Source: an uncultured Bacteroidales bacterium (GTDB lineage Bacteria > Bacteroidota > Bacteroidia > Bacteroidales > UBA7960). From it: DNA of 64,000 bases. The stretch is taken from assembly GCA_964453995.1 (NCBI GenBank), contig CAYVQC010000010.1:21509-85508 (forward strand), in the 5' to 3' direction. Below the pieces are notes generated by a model. It searched no databases, had not been told where the DNA came from, and saw only the letters and a program-made list of their open reading frames with translations. Below, piece by piece: positions 38,955 to 49,674 of this stretch (the stretch's first letter is position 1; each line of letters starts with the position of its first letter). Made by a program: the position numbers and the translations under genes.

Positions 38955-39815
38955 TTAAAACAAACTGATCAGTGCCACCCCGGCAAGCATAATGATCACA
39001 GCAAATAATCTTCCCCCAAGACCTTTTTCCTTAAACAGCAGCGCCCCAAAAACCACTACCATAAGGGCACTGGTACGTTTTACTGCAATTACATAAGCTA
39101 CGAGTGTAATTTGTATGGCATGCATCTGGAATATGAGTGTAAGAGCAGTAAAGAAACCGACTGGGAATAACGTCTTCAGATGCGTTCTCAGATGAGAAGC
39201 CTGGTGACTGGCCTTCCACAAAACAAGAGGGATCATTGCGACAAAAAGAAAAATACTGATGGAAATGACCCAGAAAAAAGGAGAGCTGTTCTGTATACCC
39301 ACTTTATCAATATTAGCAGTAATACTCCATAAAAAGGCAACAAGCAACATCAGCCGGGGGCCTTTTTCAGTAAGCAATGCCTTGAAGGGAGCAAGTATGC
39401 CTCTACTTTTGGATGAAAACTGTAAAAAATAAGATCCCAGCACAATGCACAATACACCGGCTATACCTGTTGCATCTGGCATCTCACCAAGAATAAGAGG
39501 AGAAGTGATCAGCAAAAAAAGTGGCGTGAAAGTTACCATAGGTACAGTAAGTGAGATGTCTGAATGCTGAATAGCTTTCAGGTACAATATGGTAATAATG
39601 ATATTCAGGGAGCCTCCTGCCAGGAGAGCCAGGTAGAATTGTGATCCCAATTCAGGTATTGGGATGAAGAATAAAGAGGGTAAAAGAAAAGGCAAGGCAA
39701 ACATCCTCATTGCAAATGCCACCATGAAGGGGTGCGTGTTTTTCAGCGAATACTTACTGAAAACATCCTTCAGGGCTTCGCAGAGCGCCGTTGAAAGAGC
39801 AAGCCATAACCACAT
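38955..39815 (-). CDS. EamA/DMT family transporter
   Basis: About 10 TM helices in two repeats; LKAIQHSDISLTVP, VAYVIAVKRTS. Confidence 0.85.
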   Translation of the reverse strand: MWLWLALSTALCEALKDVFSKYSLKNTHPFMVAFAMRMFALPFLLPSLFFIPIPELGSQFYLALLAGGSLNIIITILYLKAIQHSDISLTVPMVTFTPLFLLITSPLILGEMPDATGIAGVLCIVLGSYFLQFSSKSRGILAPFKALLTEKGPRLMLLVAFLWSITANIDKVGIQNSSPFFWVISISIFLFVAMIPLVLWKASHQASHLRTHLKTLFPVGFFTALTLIFQMHAIQITLVAYVIAVKRTSALMVVVFGALLFKEKGLGGRLFAVIIMLAGVALISLF

Positions 39816-39830
39816 TTATTCCATCAGATA

Positions 39831-40382
39831 TCAGGTAGATAAATAAAAATAAAGCAACAACACAGGAATGAGAATTCCTGTAGCCACAAAATACCAGCCT
39901 CTTCTGCCAAACCCATTTTTCCCCTTTAAAATAAAAAGCCCCGAAAAGGCAAGAATGATAAGACCGGCAGCAAACATATCAGAAAACCAGGTCCATAATT
40001 TTCTTGGCGTATTATAATGCAGGAAATTGACCTGGTGAAAAACCGGACGCTTTTTTACGGTTTCCAATGATCCTTCACCGGTTACCAGATTTACATTCAC
40101 TGTTCCACCATCAATAAAGATCCGCATATTATCACCACTTTCCAGATGGGTTTTATACCCTTGTTCACCAATTTGAGCCAGGATTTGATTAGCAAGATCA
40201 GGTCCCTGGTATTGCCCGCGGGATACTTCTACCTGAAAAGCATCTTGCTTAATGATATAATTGGGATTCCAATGATGGCGGTGGTTGAGGGCAATACCTG
40301 ACAGGCCATAAATGATGCACATACCAAAAAAGAAATAACCTAAATCGCGATGTATCGCTCTGTTGATTCTGCGAATATTCAT
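39831..40382 (-). CDS. PepSY-associated TM helix protein
   Basis: IHRDLGY, SGIALNH, NFLH...WTWFSD, SGLFILKG; ATG at 40382 preferred. Confidence 0.8.
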   Translation of the reverse strand: MNIRRINRAIHRDLGYFFFGMCIIYGLSGIALNHRHHWNPNYIIKQDAFQVEVSRGQYQGPDLANQILAQIGEQGYKTHLESGDNMRIFIDGGTVNVNLVTGEGSLETVKKRPVFHQVNFLHYNTPRKLWTWFSDMFAAGLIILAFSGLFILKGKNGFGRRGWYFVATGILIPVLLLYFYLST

Positions 40383-40530
40383 AGAAATGTATTTTTCCGA
40401 TATAAAATAAGATTCATATTGATCCAAACATTTGCTCCTGCACAAAATGCCGGTAGAGAAATAATTTTCACCCTTCAACCATTTTTGTCTACCGGTTGGT
40501 TGCACCAACAATAAAGTCTGCAAATATAAC

Positions 40531-40566
40531 AAAAAAGCGCCCCCGCATATCACATGAGAGGACGCC
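40531..40566 (-). terminator. Orphan intrinsic terminator
   Basis: Minus strand GCGTCCTC-TCATGTGATATGC-GGGGGCGC-TTTTTT; no CDS ends just upstream. Confidence 0.65.
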
Positions 40567-41146
40567 AAACCTACAGATTGCTATCTTTACTTCACCCTAT
40601 GGTGAAACGTTCAGGTATACGAATGTTTTCTTTTATCACAGTTATTCCGGTCATCCAGGATAAGGTGTTCCGAAACATTCGGCCTGCGATAAAAAAAACA
40701 TGCAATATGAATCAAAGATCATCAGATGATAATGAAAGCCTGTTTCAGCCTATTATTCTCATCATGCAGATAAGCAATGAACTACACGAAAAGATACGAC
40801 ACTCACACAAATAAAACATGCAGCAAAATGAGAACTGTTCCTTATCGAATTTGCGTTTTTAAAAACCCGAAATGGTTTTCTGCAAATAACAAACACGTAC
40901 TTTTTCGAACATTACATCGACAAAAATACGCAATATTATCATACGGATAAATACCTACATAGTTAAAGGCTAAAAACAGGTATTTTCACCCATTATGATA
41001 AGGGTTAAACTCTATCAGGATTTTCTTACTACAGGATAACCGAGAAGGGGTTCAGAGGTTTAGCAGGAGTAGAAAAAAGATGTGTTTTGTGAGATAAAAC
41101 ATTAGGATAAATACGTCTTCAGAATCCCATTCCTGAAACGAGTTTA

Positions 41147-41752
41147 TTAAAACTTCCCTTGCGAATCCTTAAGGATATTGAAGAGAAATTCTCTTGCTCT
41201 GAACAACTGGGCTTTTACCGTTCCCAGAGGCAGGTCAAGTTCTTCGCATATTTCTTCATAAGAATATTCATCGAAATACCGCAATTGGATAAGCTTTTTA
41301 TACCTGGGTTTGAGCTGTTCAACCAACTGGCGCATAAGCTGTATCTTTTGCGATTTGATAAGGTTTTCTTCGGGATCGAGCCCCTGCGATGTCATTTTGT
41401 GTGCCTGGTAGGATTCGCTGATATCCTCATAGTTTTCATTGGCAAGAACATTTTTCTTTTTCTTGCGCATGAAGTCAATACAGTTATTGGAGGCAATTTT
41501 AAACAGCCATGTGCTGAACGCGTAATCGGGGGTATATTGTGAAAGATTTTTAAAAGCTTTGCCAAAAGCTTCCAGGGTGAGATCTTCGGCATCGTCTACA
41601 TTTCCGGTCATTTTAACCAGCATAAAATAAATGGTATCCCTGTACAATCTCATCAATTCGGTAAAGGCCATCTGGTCGCCTTTTTCAACGGCTAACCTCA
41701 CCAACTCATAATCTCTTTGCGCCTTTTCTGTCAGATTGGGATTTACTTCCAT
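41147..41752 (-). CDS. ECF-type sigma-70 factor
   Basis: GDQMAF, DAEDLTLEAF.KAF, FSTWLFKIASN, SYEEI..ELDLPLGTVKAQLFRAR. Confidence 0.92.
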   Translation of the reverse strand: MEVNPNLTEKAQRDYELVRLAVEKGDQMAFTELMRLYRDTIYFMLVKMTGNVDDAEDLTLEAFGKAFKNLSQYTPDYAFSTWLFKIASNNCIDFMRKKKKNVLANENYEDISESYQAHKMTSQGLDPEENLIKSQKIQLMRQLVEQLKPRYKKLIQLRYFDEYSYEEICEELDLPLGTVKAQLFRAREFLFNILKDSQGKF

Positions 41753-42888
41753 TTATTCTTTCTGTAAAACAAATTAGCTATGGCAAAAATCGGATTAAGC
41801 AAAACAAATATCAAATCAAATATTGGCGAATATAAAAATAATTTCTTTTCTAAAAACCTTTTGCCTGCATTATAGTAGATTAAAACCTGGGATGCCATTC
41901 GTAACAACACCAAAGTTAAAGCAATGATTAAAGATAGTGGGTTTTGGGCCAAAAACAAAAGTACCACCAGCGACACATAAAAAAATGTGCCCGATAATGC
42001 AAACAAACCCAACCTGAATTTGTCGATAGCTTTGTAATAAATACCGGTTGACAAATGTCTTTTTTTCTGCTTAAACCAGGCAACAAATGTTCTTTTGGCT
42101 CTTGAAAAGGTAATGGCTTCCGGATTGAGGCATACCGCAGTATTGCTACTGGTGGCAGCCTGGTTTACAAACAGGTCATCATCGCCGGATTTGATTTTGT
42201 AATGTGCCGCAAATCCTCCGGTTTTAAAAAACAAGCTCTTACGATACGCCAGATTTCTGCCTACTCCCATATAGGGCGATCCCGCCATGGCAAAACCCAG
42301 GTATTGCATAGCGATGCTGAGGGTATCAAATCTGATCAGCTTATTGAGAAAACCTGGTCTTTCTTCGTAGCCACCATAACCCAGCACAAGGTCTTTACCC
42401 TTAGCAAAAGGTCTGCTCATTTCTTTTACCCAGTTCGGAGAGTTGGGCTTGCAATCTGCATCGGTCAACAACACAATCTCATTCTTTGCAGATTTAATCC
42501 CCACTGCCAGTGCCAGCTTTTTACCCTCGAAAAAATTTACATTTTCGCGAAGCTGGATCACCTTGAAATGCTTGTATTTCTCTTCAAATGACTTTAATAA
42601 GAAGAAACTTTCATCCTGTGAAAAATCATTAACCAGGATAACTTCAAAATCGGGATAATCCTGCTCCAGCACAATGGGAAGGTTATTCTTCAGATTTTCA
42701 TATTCATTCTTGGCACAAATGATGACCGAAACGGGTGGATAAAGTTCTGACCCCGATTTGGCGTTGTTTTTTGCAAATGAAGGTCTGGCAAAATAATACC
42801 AGTAATAAAAAAGTTGGATCAGGGTAAAAGCAGTGAAAATGGTCAAAACGATCCCCTCTGGTTGACGGAAAAATTCAATTGTAAACAT
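41743..42888 (-). CDS. Membrane glycosyltransferase, family 2
   Basis: VSVIICAKNE, GKKLAL, LTDADC, SGDDDL, QKKRH; N- and C-terminal TMs; overlaps the sigma gene start. Confidence 0.88.
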   Translation of the reverse strand: MFTIEFFRQPEGIVLTIFTAFTLIQLFYYWYYFARPSFAKNNAKSGSELYPPVSVIICAKNEYENLKNNLPIVLEQDYPDFEVILVNDFSQDESFFLLKSFEEKYKHFKVIQLRENVNFFEGKKLALAVGIKSAKNEIVLLTDADCKPNSPNWVKEMSRPFAKGKDLVLGYGGYEERPGFLNKLIRFDTLSIAMQYLGFAMAGSPYMGVGRNLAYRKSLFFKTGGFAAHYKIKSGDDDLFVNQAATSSNTAVCLNPEAITFSRAKRTFVAWFKQKKRHLSTGIYYKAIDKFRLGLFALSGTFFYVSLVVLLFLAQNPLSLIIALTLVLLRMASQVLIYYNAGKRFLEKKLFLYSPIFDLIFVLLNPIFAIANLFYRKNKWK

Positions 42889-42914
42889 AAAATCCTTGCG
42901 GTTATGAGAAGCTG

Positions 42915-42952
42915 CAAAATTACCTTTTCTATAGTAATATGCCTTATCTTTG
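42915..42952. promoter_or_regulatory. Divergent -7 elements for the GT2-sigma and tgt-lptG units
   Basis: CAAAATTA (TAATTTTG on -) at 42915-42922 and TATCTTTG (+) at 42945-42952. Confidence 0.6.
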
Positions 42953-42974
42953 ACAAATTTTTAATCCACCGTAA

Positions 42975-44105
42975 ATGCAATTCACCATACACCACCAGGA
43001 TTCAACAAGTAAAGCCCGAACAGCCACCCTACATACTGACCATGGTTCTATAAAAACACCGGTTTTCATGCCGGTAGGAACTGCCGGAACCGTAAAAGCC
43101 ATTCATAACAAAGACCTTGAAGAGCAGGTAAATGCCCGCATTATATTGGGCAATACCTATCATTTGTATCTCAGGCCCGGTACCGAGATATTAAAAAAAG
43201 CTGGAGGGTTGCACCGTTTCAATGGCTGGAAGCGGCCCATCCTTACTGATAGTGGTGGATACCAGGTATACTCGCTGGCACATCGCCGCAAGATGAACGA
43301 AGAAGGGGTAGTTTTTCAGTCGCACATCGACGGCTCGCGCCATACATTCAGCCCGGAAACGGTCATGGATATTCAGCGAATTATCGGAGGTGACATTATA
43401 ATGGCTTTTGATGAATGCACCCCCTACCCTTGCGAATACGAATATGCCAGGCAGTCGATGCATCTTACCCACAGGTGGCTCACACGTTGTTGCAAACATT
43501 TCGACAACACCCCCGATTTGTATGACTACCGCCAGAGTCTTTTTCCTATTGTTCAGGGGAGTGTATACAAAGATCTCAGGGTGCAATCGGCAGAATACAT
43601 AGCATCATGCCACCGGGATGGAAATGCCATTGGAGGACTTTCGGTAGGAGAACCTGCCGAGATGATGTATGAAATGACTGAACTGGTGTGCAACATACTA
43701 CCGGAAGATAAACCCCGTTACCTTATGGGAGTAGGCACTCCGGCCAATATTCTGGAAAGCATTGCTTTAGGAGTAGACATGTTTGATTGTGTAATGCCCA
43801 CGCGAAATGCCCGCAATGGGATGTTATTTACCAGTGAAGGCATATTAAATATGAGAAACAAAAAATGGATGGATGATTTTTCTGCTATCGATCCCAATGG
43901 CCTTACTTTTGTCGACGCCATGTATTCCAGGGCATATTTACGCCATTTGTTCACTGCCAACGAAATGTTGGCATCCATCATCGCTACCATACATAACCTG
44001 GGATTTTATTTGTGGCTGGTAGATGAGGCTTCCCGGCAGATTGAAAACAATACCTTTGCGCAATGGAAAAACATGATGGTACCAAAAATCAGTCAGCGAC
44101 TTTAA
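42975..44105 (+). CDS. tgt: Queuine tRNA-ribosyltransferase
   Basis: TPVFMPVGT, NTYHL, LTDSGGYQV, FDEC, IVQG, GGLSVGE, YLMGVG, DMFDCVMPTRNARNG. Confidence 0.96.
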   Translation: MQFTIHHQDSTSKARTATLHTDHGSIKTPVFMPVGTAGTVKAIHNKDLEEQVNARIILGNTYHLYLRPGTEILKKAGGLHRFNGWKRPILTDSGGYQVYSLAHRRKMNEEGVVFQSHIDGSRHTFSPETVMDIQRIIGGDIIMAFDECTPYPCEYEYARQSMHLTHRWLTRCCKHFDNTPDLYDYRQSLFPIVQGSVYKDLRVQSAEYIASCHRDGNAIGGLSVGEPAEMMYEMTELVCNILPEDKPRYLMGVGTPANILESIALGVDMFDCVMPTRNARNGMLFTSEGILNMRNKKWMDDFSAIDPNGLTFVDAMYSRAYLRHLFTANEMLASIIATIHNLGFYLWLVDEASRQIENNTFAQWKNMMVPKISQRL

Positions 44106-44166
44106 CATTGACCAACTTGGCAAAGGCTTAAGAATAAAAGAATTAATTTTGCGTTTTACACTTTCT

Positions 44167-45249
44167 ATGGGATTAAAAAAGCTAGATTGGTACATCATCC
44201 GTAAGTTCCTTGGCACTTTTTTCTATGCCATTACCCTGATCATTCTAATCGTGATCATTTTCGACCTTTCGGAAAGGATTGATAACTTCATTGAAAACAA
44301 GGCCCCACTCAGAGACATCATCCTGGTGTATTACCTGAACTTTATTCCTTACTTCATCAACCTTTTCAGCCCACTTTTTACATTCATTGCAGTAATATAC
44401 TTTACGTCACGTCTGGCATTCAACACCGAGATCGTAGCCATATTAAGCTCCGGAATAAGCTTCAAACGATTGCTTGTACCCTATTTTATATCAGCAGTTT
44501 TCCTGGCATTTCTTTCCATTTATCTTTCCAACGTAATGATCCCCCATGCCAACAGGAGTCGGCTCGATTTTGAAAATACTTATATACGGAACAAGCGTCA
44601 GTTTAAAGAAAGAAATATTCACCTGCAAATAAGGCCTGGTGAGTTTGTATACCTGGAGTCTTTTAATGAGAGAGTTAATATCGGTTACAAGTTTGCCCTC
44701 GAAAAGATTCAGGATGGAAAGTTGCAGCACAAGCTCAGTGCTGAAAGGGCCGAGTGGGTAGACAGCACAGGTACATGGATATTAAGAAACTATGTGTTGA
44801 GAGAGATTGAAAACATGGAAGAGGAAATTTATGCAGGCCCAAGAAAAGATACCGTGATCAATCTTAGTCCTGACGATTTCATTCAAAACCTGCAGGATAT
44901 GGAAACTATGAATTTCAGGGAGTTGCAGCAGTTTATCGATAAGGAAAAGCTTAAAGGATCAGAGCACATAAGATTTTACCTTGTGGAAAAGCACAGGAGA
45001 ATAGCCTTTCCATTTGCAACAATGGTTCTCACGGTAATAGGTGTATCCCTTTCGAGCAGAAAAGTAAGGGGTGGAATAGGTTTACACCTTGGAATGGGAT
45101 TATTGTTGAGTTTTGCATTTATCCTGTTTATGCAGGTTTCTACCACCTTTGCCACCAATGGCAACCTTCCTGCTGCACTTGCCGCATGGATACCCAATAT
45201 CGTCTTTGCAATATTCGGGGCATACCTTATGAAAACTGCTCCAAAATAA
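44167..45249 (+). CDS. LptF/LptG family LPS export permease
   Basis: LDWYII..FL, TEIVAILSSGIS..RL, 3+3 TM layout, AAWIPN. Confidence 0.88.
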   Translation: MGLKKLDWYIIRKFLGTFFYAITLIILIVIIFDLSERIDNFIENKAPLRDIILVYYLNFIPYFINLFSPLFTFIAVIYFTSRLAFNTEIVAILSSGISFKRLLVPYFISAVFLAFLSIYLSNVMIPHANRSRLDFENTYIRNKRQFKERNIHLQIRPGEFVYLESFNERVNIGYKFALEKIQDGKLQHKLSAERAEWVDSTGTWILRNYVLREIENMEEEIYAGPRKDTVINLSPDDFIQNLQDMETMNFRELQQFIDKEKLKGSEHIRFYLVEKHRRIAFPFATMVLTVIGVSLSSRKVRGGIGLHLGMGLLLSFAFILFMQVSTTFATNGNLPAALAAWIPNIVFAIFGAYLMKTAPK

Positions 45250-45306
45250 CTGTCGGTATGGTTGGCTGAAAGACAGGCAAAAAATCAAGGAGCAATGAAT
45301 ATAATC

Positions 45307-45549
45307 CTAATCTTCCTGGAGTGTTTCGTCTTCCTCTTTGCGGGGTGTCAATACCATATCGGGTAGCAGATAGCCCAGGGCTCCCCCCCAGATCATTGAC
45401 AAATAAGGATTGGATTGAATGGCACAACCACCACTGTTGCATCCTATAAATGCATAGTAGGCATAACCACCAATTACTCCCAGAAGGGTGAAGCTACCTA
45501 TGATCCACAAATACATTTTCCTTGAGATATTTCCTTTTGATTTTTTCAT
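45307..45549 (-). CDS. DUF6132 family small membrane protein
   Basis: GYAYYAFIGCNSGGCAIQSNP...WGG.LG. Confidence 0.75.
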   Translation of the reverse strand: MKKSKGNISRKMYLWIIGSFTLLGVIGGYAYYAFIGCNSGGCAIQSNPYLSMIWGGALGYLLPDMVLTPRKEEDETLQED

Positions 45550-45623
45550 GTGTTAAGTGAAGAGAGGTTAATCAATACAATATTTTTAAATATACTTATT
45601 TATATCCGCAACATAATCAAAAC

Positions 45624-45665
45624 AAAAAAATACCCGCAAACACTATAAGGAGGTGCCTGCGGGTA
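45624..45665 (-). terminator. Candidate terminator after the thioredoxin gene
   Basis: TACCCGCA...TGCGGGTA stem with a U-tract on the minus strand. Confidence 0.55.
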
Positions 45666-45680
45666 ATGCTATGATTTCAT

Positions 45681-46034
<354 letters not shown>

Positions 46035-46111
46035 AAAATTGATTTCTTAAAAGGACAACACAATTATGCCAATCCTCTTAGTTTATATATAAATGATTAA
46101 TTACCCTGGAA

Positions 46112-46591
46112 TTACATATGGTTTCTGATGGCAGCCAGTAGGGTTTCTTTTTGCTGCACTCCCACAAAACGCTGAACTGGCTCACCATCCTTAAAGATAA
46201 TCAGGGTGGGAATGTTTTGCACCTTAAGCATATTGGCAGTAAGAGGATTATGATCCACATCGAGCTTGGCTATGATGGCTTCGTCGCCAATTTCCTGGGC
46301 TACCTGCTCTATAATGGGATTCTGTATACGGCAGGGCGGGCACCAAACAGCCCAAAAGTCTACCAATACAACACCGTTGGATATAGTTGACTGAAAGGCA
46401 TCATCAGTAAGCTTTACAACTTTACTGTCTGCCTCTGCAACAAAAGTTGCTTTTTCTTGCCTGTCATCGGAATTCGACTGTCCTTTGTTAAAGAACATAA
46501 CACTACCTACCGCTATAAAAATGACCAACAAGGCAATTTGTATGGGTCGGGTTCTTACCAGGAAACTTTCTTTCTTTTGCTTTTTTTTCAT
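46112..46591 (-). CDS. Membrane-anchored thioredoxin
   Basis: N-terminal TM; DFWAVWCPPC, VQNIPT; -7 element TATATTTG at 46657-46664 (-). Confidence 0.88.
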   Translation of the reverse strand: MKKKQKKESFLVRTRPIQIALLVIFIAVGSVMFFNKGQSNSDDRQEKATFVAEADSKVVKLTDDAFQSTISNGVVLVDFWAVWCPPCRIQNPIIEQVAQEIGDEAIIAKLDVDHNPLTANMLKVQNIPTLIIFKDGEPVQRFVGVQQKETLLAAIRNHM

Positions 46592-46957
46592 TGTGTGTTA
46601 ATAAATATTTGATTTTTAACTGCCTACTTTTTGTCAAAATCCTTTGACAGTATGAGCAAATATATTCAATTATGTAGATGTGTAAAAGTTATTTTTTGTT
46701 AACCCATTGACTATCTTTACATATCAAATTTATCTGGTACTCTGATAAAGTAATTGCAATCAAATAACCTTTTTGAAAGAAAATTGTTCAAGTCATAAAA
46801 ATCTCCAGTCAATGCTGAAATTATGATTGTTTTTCCTTATTTTTATGATCCCGACGTTCATTCAGGATGCTTACCTTTCCTTTCATCCTGATGTCAATCA
46901 AAAGGGGAGTCATTCTCAAAAAAAAAAACAGCCTGTAATGGGCAAAAACACCTGCAA

Positions 46958-47719
46958 ATGATGAAACGGAATAAATACCTTCGCATAATCCACGGCATGT
47001 TTTCCGTGGCGCTTATTAGTATGGCTGTATTTACCCTTCAGTCCTGCGAAGTCCTCAAAATGCTTGAACAGGAGCAAACATCTCGCCCGCTCACCCAGGC
47101 TGAGATCGCACAGGGTTTGCGTGAAGCTCTAAAGGTAGGGATCAACAAATCGGTGGAAAAAACCCATACTGCCAATGGCTATTTTGGCAACCCCCGCATC
47201 AAGATCCCCTGGCCCGAGGAAGCTATCGGAGCGTATAATTTTATCGATAATAATCTTTCGGCCTTACGCCCGCTGCTCGATGAGGTAGTGCTCCAAATGA
47301 ACAGAGGAGCAGAAGAAGCCTCAGCCAAAGCTATACCCATTTTCACCGAGGCTATTGCCAACATGACCATACACGATGCCCAAAATATTCTGCTGGGTCC
47401 TGATGATGCTGCGACCCGCTACCTCAACGAAAGAACCTACAGTGCCCTGCATGAGGCCTTCAAACCTGATATTCACAAAGCCCTGGAAAGCGTGGGAGCT
47501 GCTACTTTATGGACTGAGATTACCAACGTATACAACCCTGTAGCACGCCTAACACCCGGAATTCAGCCTATTACCACCGATCTTGCAGATTACACCACCA
47601 CCAAAGCTCTGGATGGTTTGTTTCTGTTGGTTGCAGAAGAAGAATTAAAAATCCGGGAAAACCCCGCCGCACGAATCAATGAGATCTTAAGACGGGTATT
47701 TGGCTCTCTCGACAGGTGA
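46958..47719 (+). CDS. DUF4197 family lipoprotein
   Basis: Lipobox LQSC; GLREAL, MNRGAEEA, KALDGLF, EELKIRENP.AR..LRRVFG. Confidence 0.85.
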   Translation: MMKRNKYLRIIHGMFSVALISMAVFTLQSCEVLKMLEQEQTSRPLTQAEIAQGLREALKVGINKSVEKTHTANGYFGNPRIKIPWPEEAIGAYNFIDNNLSALRPLLDEVVLQMNRGAEEASAKAIPIFTEAIANMTIHDAQNILLGPDDAATRYLNERTYSALHEAFKPDIHKALESVGAATLWTEITNVYNPVARLTPGIQPITTDLADYTTTKALDGLFLLVAEEELKIRENPAARINEILRRVFGSLDR

Positions 47720-47879
47720 TCGATCTGTTCACTATTCCTGCTTATATCCAACAATAAATGAAGTGGCATTAAGAAGAAAACAAAATGGCATTTTGTTAAA
47801 TTTCGTCTATATTTGCCCTCGTTTTCCTGACGGTTTCCACACAGGGAAAACGGCATTCAATCACACAAAATAAACAAAG

Positions 47880-48617
47880 ATGGCAATAAGCGGATATGGA
47901 AAATGGATCCTGGGGGGACTCGGCTGGGCGCTCGGTGGCCCCATAGGTGCAATCGTAGGATTTCTGATGGGATCAGCTTTTGACAGTATGGATTCGGGGG
48001 AATTTGAATACCGTGCTGATCCCCATGCAGGCACCCAACCCGGCGACTTTCGCATAAGTCTGCTCATATTATCGGCAGCAGTTATGAAAGCCGATGGCAA
48101 ACAGCTCAAATCTGAGCTGGATTATATTAAGGCGTTTTTTGTGCAGAACTTTGGAACTGATGCCACCCGCAATTATATGAGGGCTTTCAGAAACATCCTG
48201 AATCAACAAATCCCATTGCAAGACGTTTGTTTGCAGATACGATCACACATGGATCTGCACGCCAGGCTGCAGCTTATTCATTACCTTTTTGGCATTTCAA
48301 TGGCCGATGGTAGGGTTCATCCCAATGAAATAAAAATGATTGAAGATATCTCAAGCTGGCTCAATATCAACCAGTATGATTTCATCTCCATCAAAAACAT
48401 GTTTATTAAGGAAACAAACAGTGCCTACAAGATTCTCGAAGTAGAGCCTGGAGCAAGTGAAGATGAGATCAAAAAGGCCTACCGTGCCATGGCTCTGAAA
48501 TATCACCCTGACAGGGTAAGTCATTTGGGGGAAGAATTTCAACAGGCTGCCAAAGAGAAATTCCAGGAAGTAAATGATGCTTATAATACCATAAAAAAAG
48601 AAAGAGGATTTTCCTGA
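47880..48617 (+). CDS. TerB + J-domain co-chaperone (DjlA-like)
   Basis: GGLGWALGGPIGA TM; VMKADG; J-domain YHPD; -7 element TATATTTG at 47808-47815. Confidence 0.88.
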   Translation: MAISGYGKWILGGLGWALGGPIGAIVGFLMGSAFDSMDSGEFEYRADPHAGTQPGDFRISLLILSAAVMKADGKQLKSELDYIKAFFVQNFGTDATRNYMRAFRNILNQQIPLQDVCLQIRSHMDLHARLQLIHYLFGISMADGRVHPNEIKMIEDISSWLNINQYDFISIKNMFIKETNSAYKILEVEPGASEDEIKKAYRAMALKYHPDRVSHLGEEFQQAAKEKFQEVNDAYNTIKKERGFS

Positions 48618-48647
48618 TACCAGTTACCAGAGAAAACACGGATGACC

Positions 48648-49565
48648 TTATTTACCAAAAGCATCCGGACCGGTAGATAAGGCATACAGCGAATCAATTA
48701 AATGATCAAGACTCTGGCCCTGAGAAAGAAAAAGCTTTTTGCCGGCGTAGACACTGGTCTTTTCCAAACGATATTTTTTTGAGCGGCACATCCTTTCCAC
48801 CATTCGAATCTCCTGAAGCATTCTCCCTTCCTGTTTAAGTTCTTTAAGTGCTTGAAGCATTACAACCAAATCGTGATGATTTCCCAGCTGCTTGCTCAAC
48901 TCTTTAAACTCCGTAGCAAAAGAATCGATGATTCGGGGCCACAATGGTTGAAGAAACACCAGTTGATACCACAGGTATTTTACCTGTTTGCGCCACTGAT
49001 GCATGATATGGTCATCGGTTTGTTGAAGGTTTAGCTCCAGCTGTTTCCTGCCCTTCCGGTATATTTTTTGAAAGCCCCTGCCCAGGACAGAAGTATGATT
49101 GTCATCAAATTCCAACCCAGAAATAATCTCACTTTGCTGTTCAAAAGCATTTCTGATTCCTGAGCGGACTACTCCAAATTCCTGGTTCACTGCCGTTTGC
49201 CGCCGCTTTTTCAGCAGCTGATTTCTAAACCAAACTATAAATTTCCTGCTTTTCTCATTATGCGTAGAATCCAGGAATTTTTGCAACGTTTCACTTAAAG
49301 CGGTAAAATCACGAATGATGGACAGCTCCCGGGCCTGATCGCGATAGAAAGTATTAAAACGGTCGTATGTTTCCGGGGACAAACCGGGCCGAACAAGCCT
49401 GAGTAAACTCCGGATGCGTTTGCAGCACAATCGGGTTTCATGAATATGGTAATGTACCAGGGTCTTCTTTTCAAGGTGATCGATGGCCAGTTTGTTGTAA
49501 TACAGCAATGCATGTTGTATGGATTCCGCAAGTGCCAGGTTGGTATGAATTACAGGATGTTTCAT
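48648..49565 (-). CDS. CHAD domain protein (polyphosphate-binding family)
   Basis: IHETR..CKRIRSLLRL, RD, HQWRKQVKYLWY, LGNHHD; ATG at 49565 preferred. Confidence 0.85.
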   Translation of the reverse strand: MKHPVIHTNLALAESIQHALLYYNKLAIDHLEKKTLVHYHIHETRLCCKRIRSLLRLVRPGLSPETYDRFNTFYRDQARELSIIRDFTALSETLQKFLDSTHNEKSRKFIVWFRNQLLKKRRQTAVNQEFGVVRSGIRNAFEQQSEIISGLEFDDNHTSVLGRGFQKIYRKGRKQLELNLQQTDDHIMHQWRKQVKYLWYQLVFLQPLWPRIIDSFATEFKELSKQLGNHHDLVVMLQALKELKQEGRMLQEIRMVERMCRSKKYRLEKTSVYAGKKLFLSQGQSLDHLIDSLYALSTGPDAFGK

Positions 49566-49674
49566 GATTTTTGTTTTTGTCAATAACAAAGTGTGGGAGG
49601 CCATTGTTTGTGATGCTGCATCTTTCACAATGGGTTTGTATCCTTTTGATCCCGTCACAACAGATCTAATCGGG

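Noticed and set aside
46632..46649. TGTCAAA-N4-TTTGACA palindrome before the thioredoxin gene as an FNR/HcpR site
   Set aside because: It does not match the TTGAT-N4-ATCAA orientation, occurs once, and may be only a 5' hairpin.
47820..47851. Leader hairpin of the DjlA-like gene as an RNA thermometer
   Set aside because: The stem ends about 30 nt before the start codon and does not occlude it, and nothing else supports the idea.
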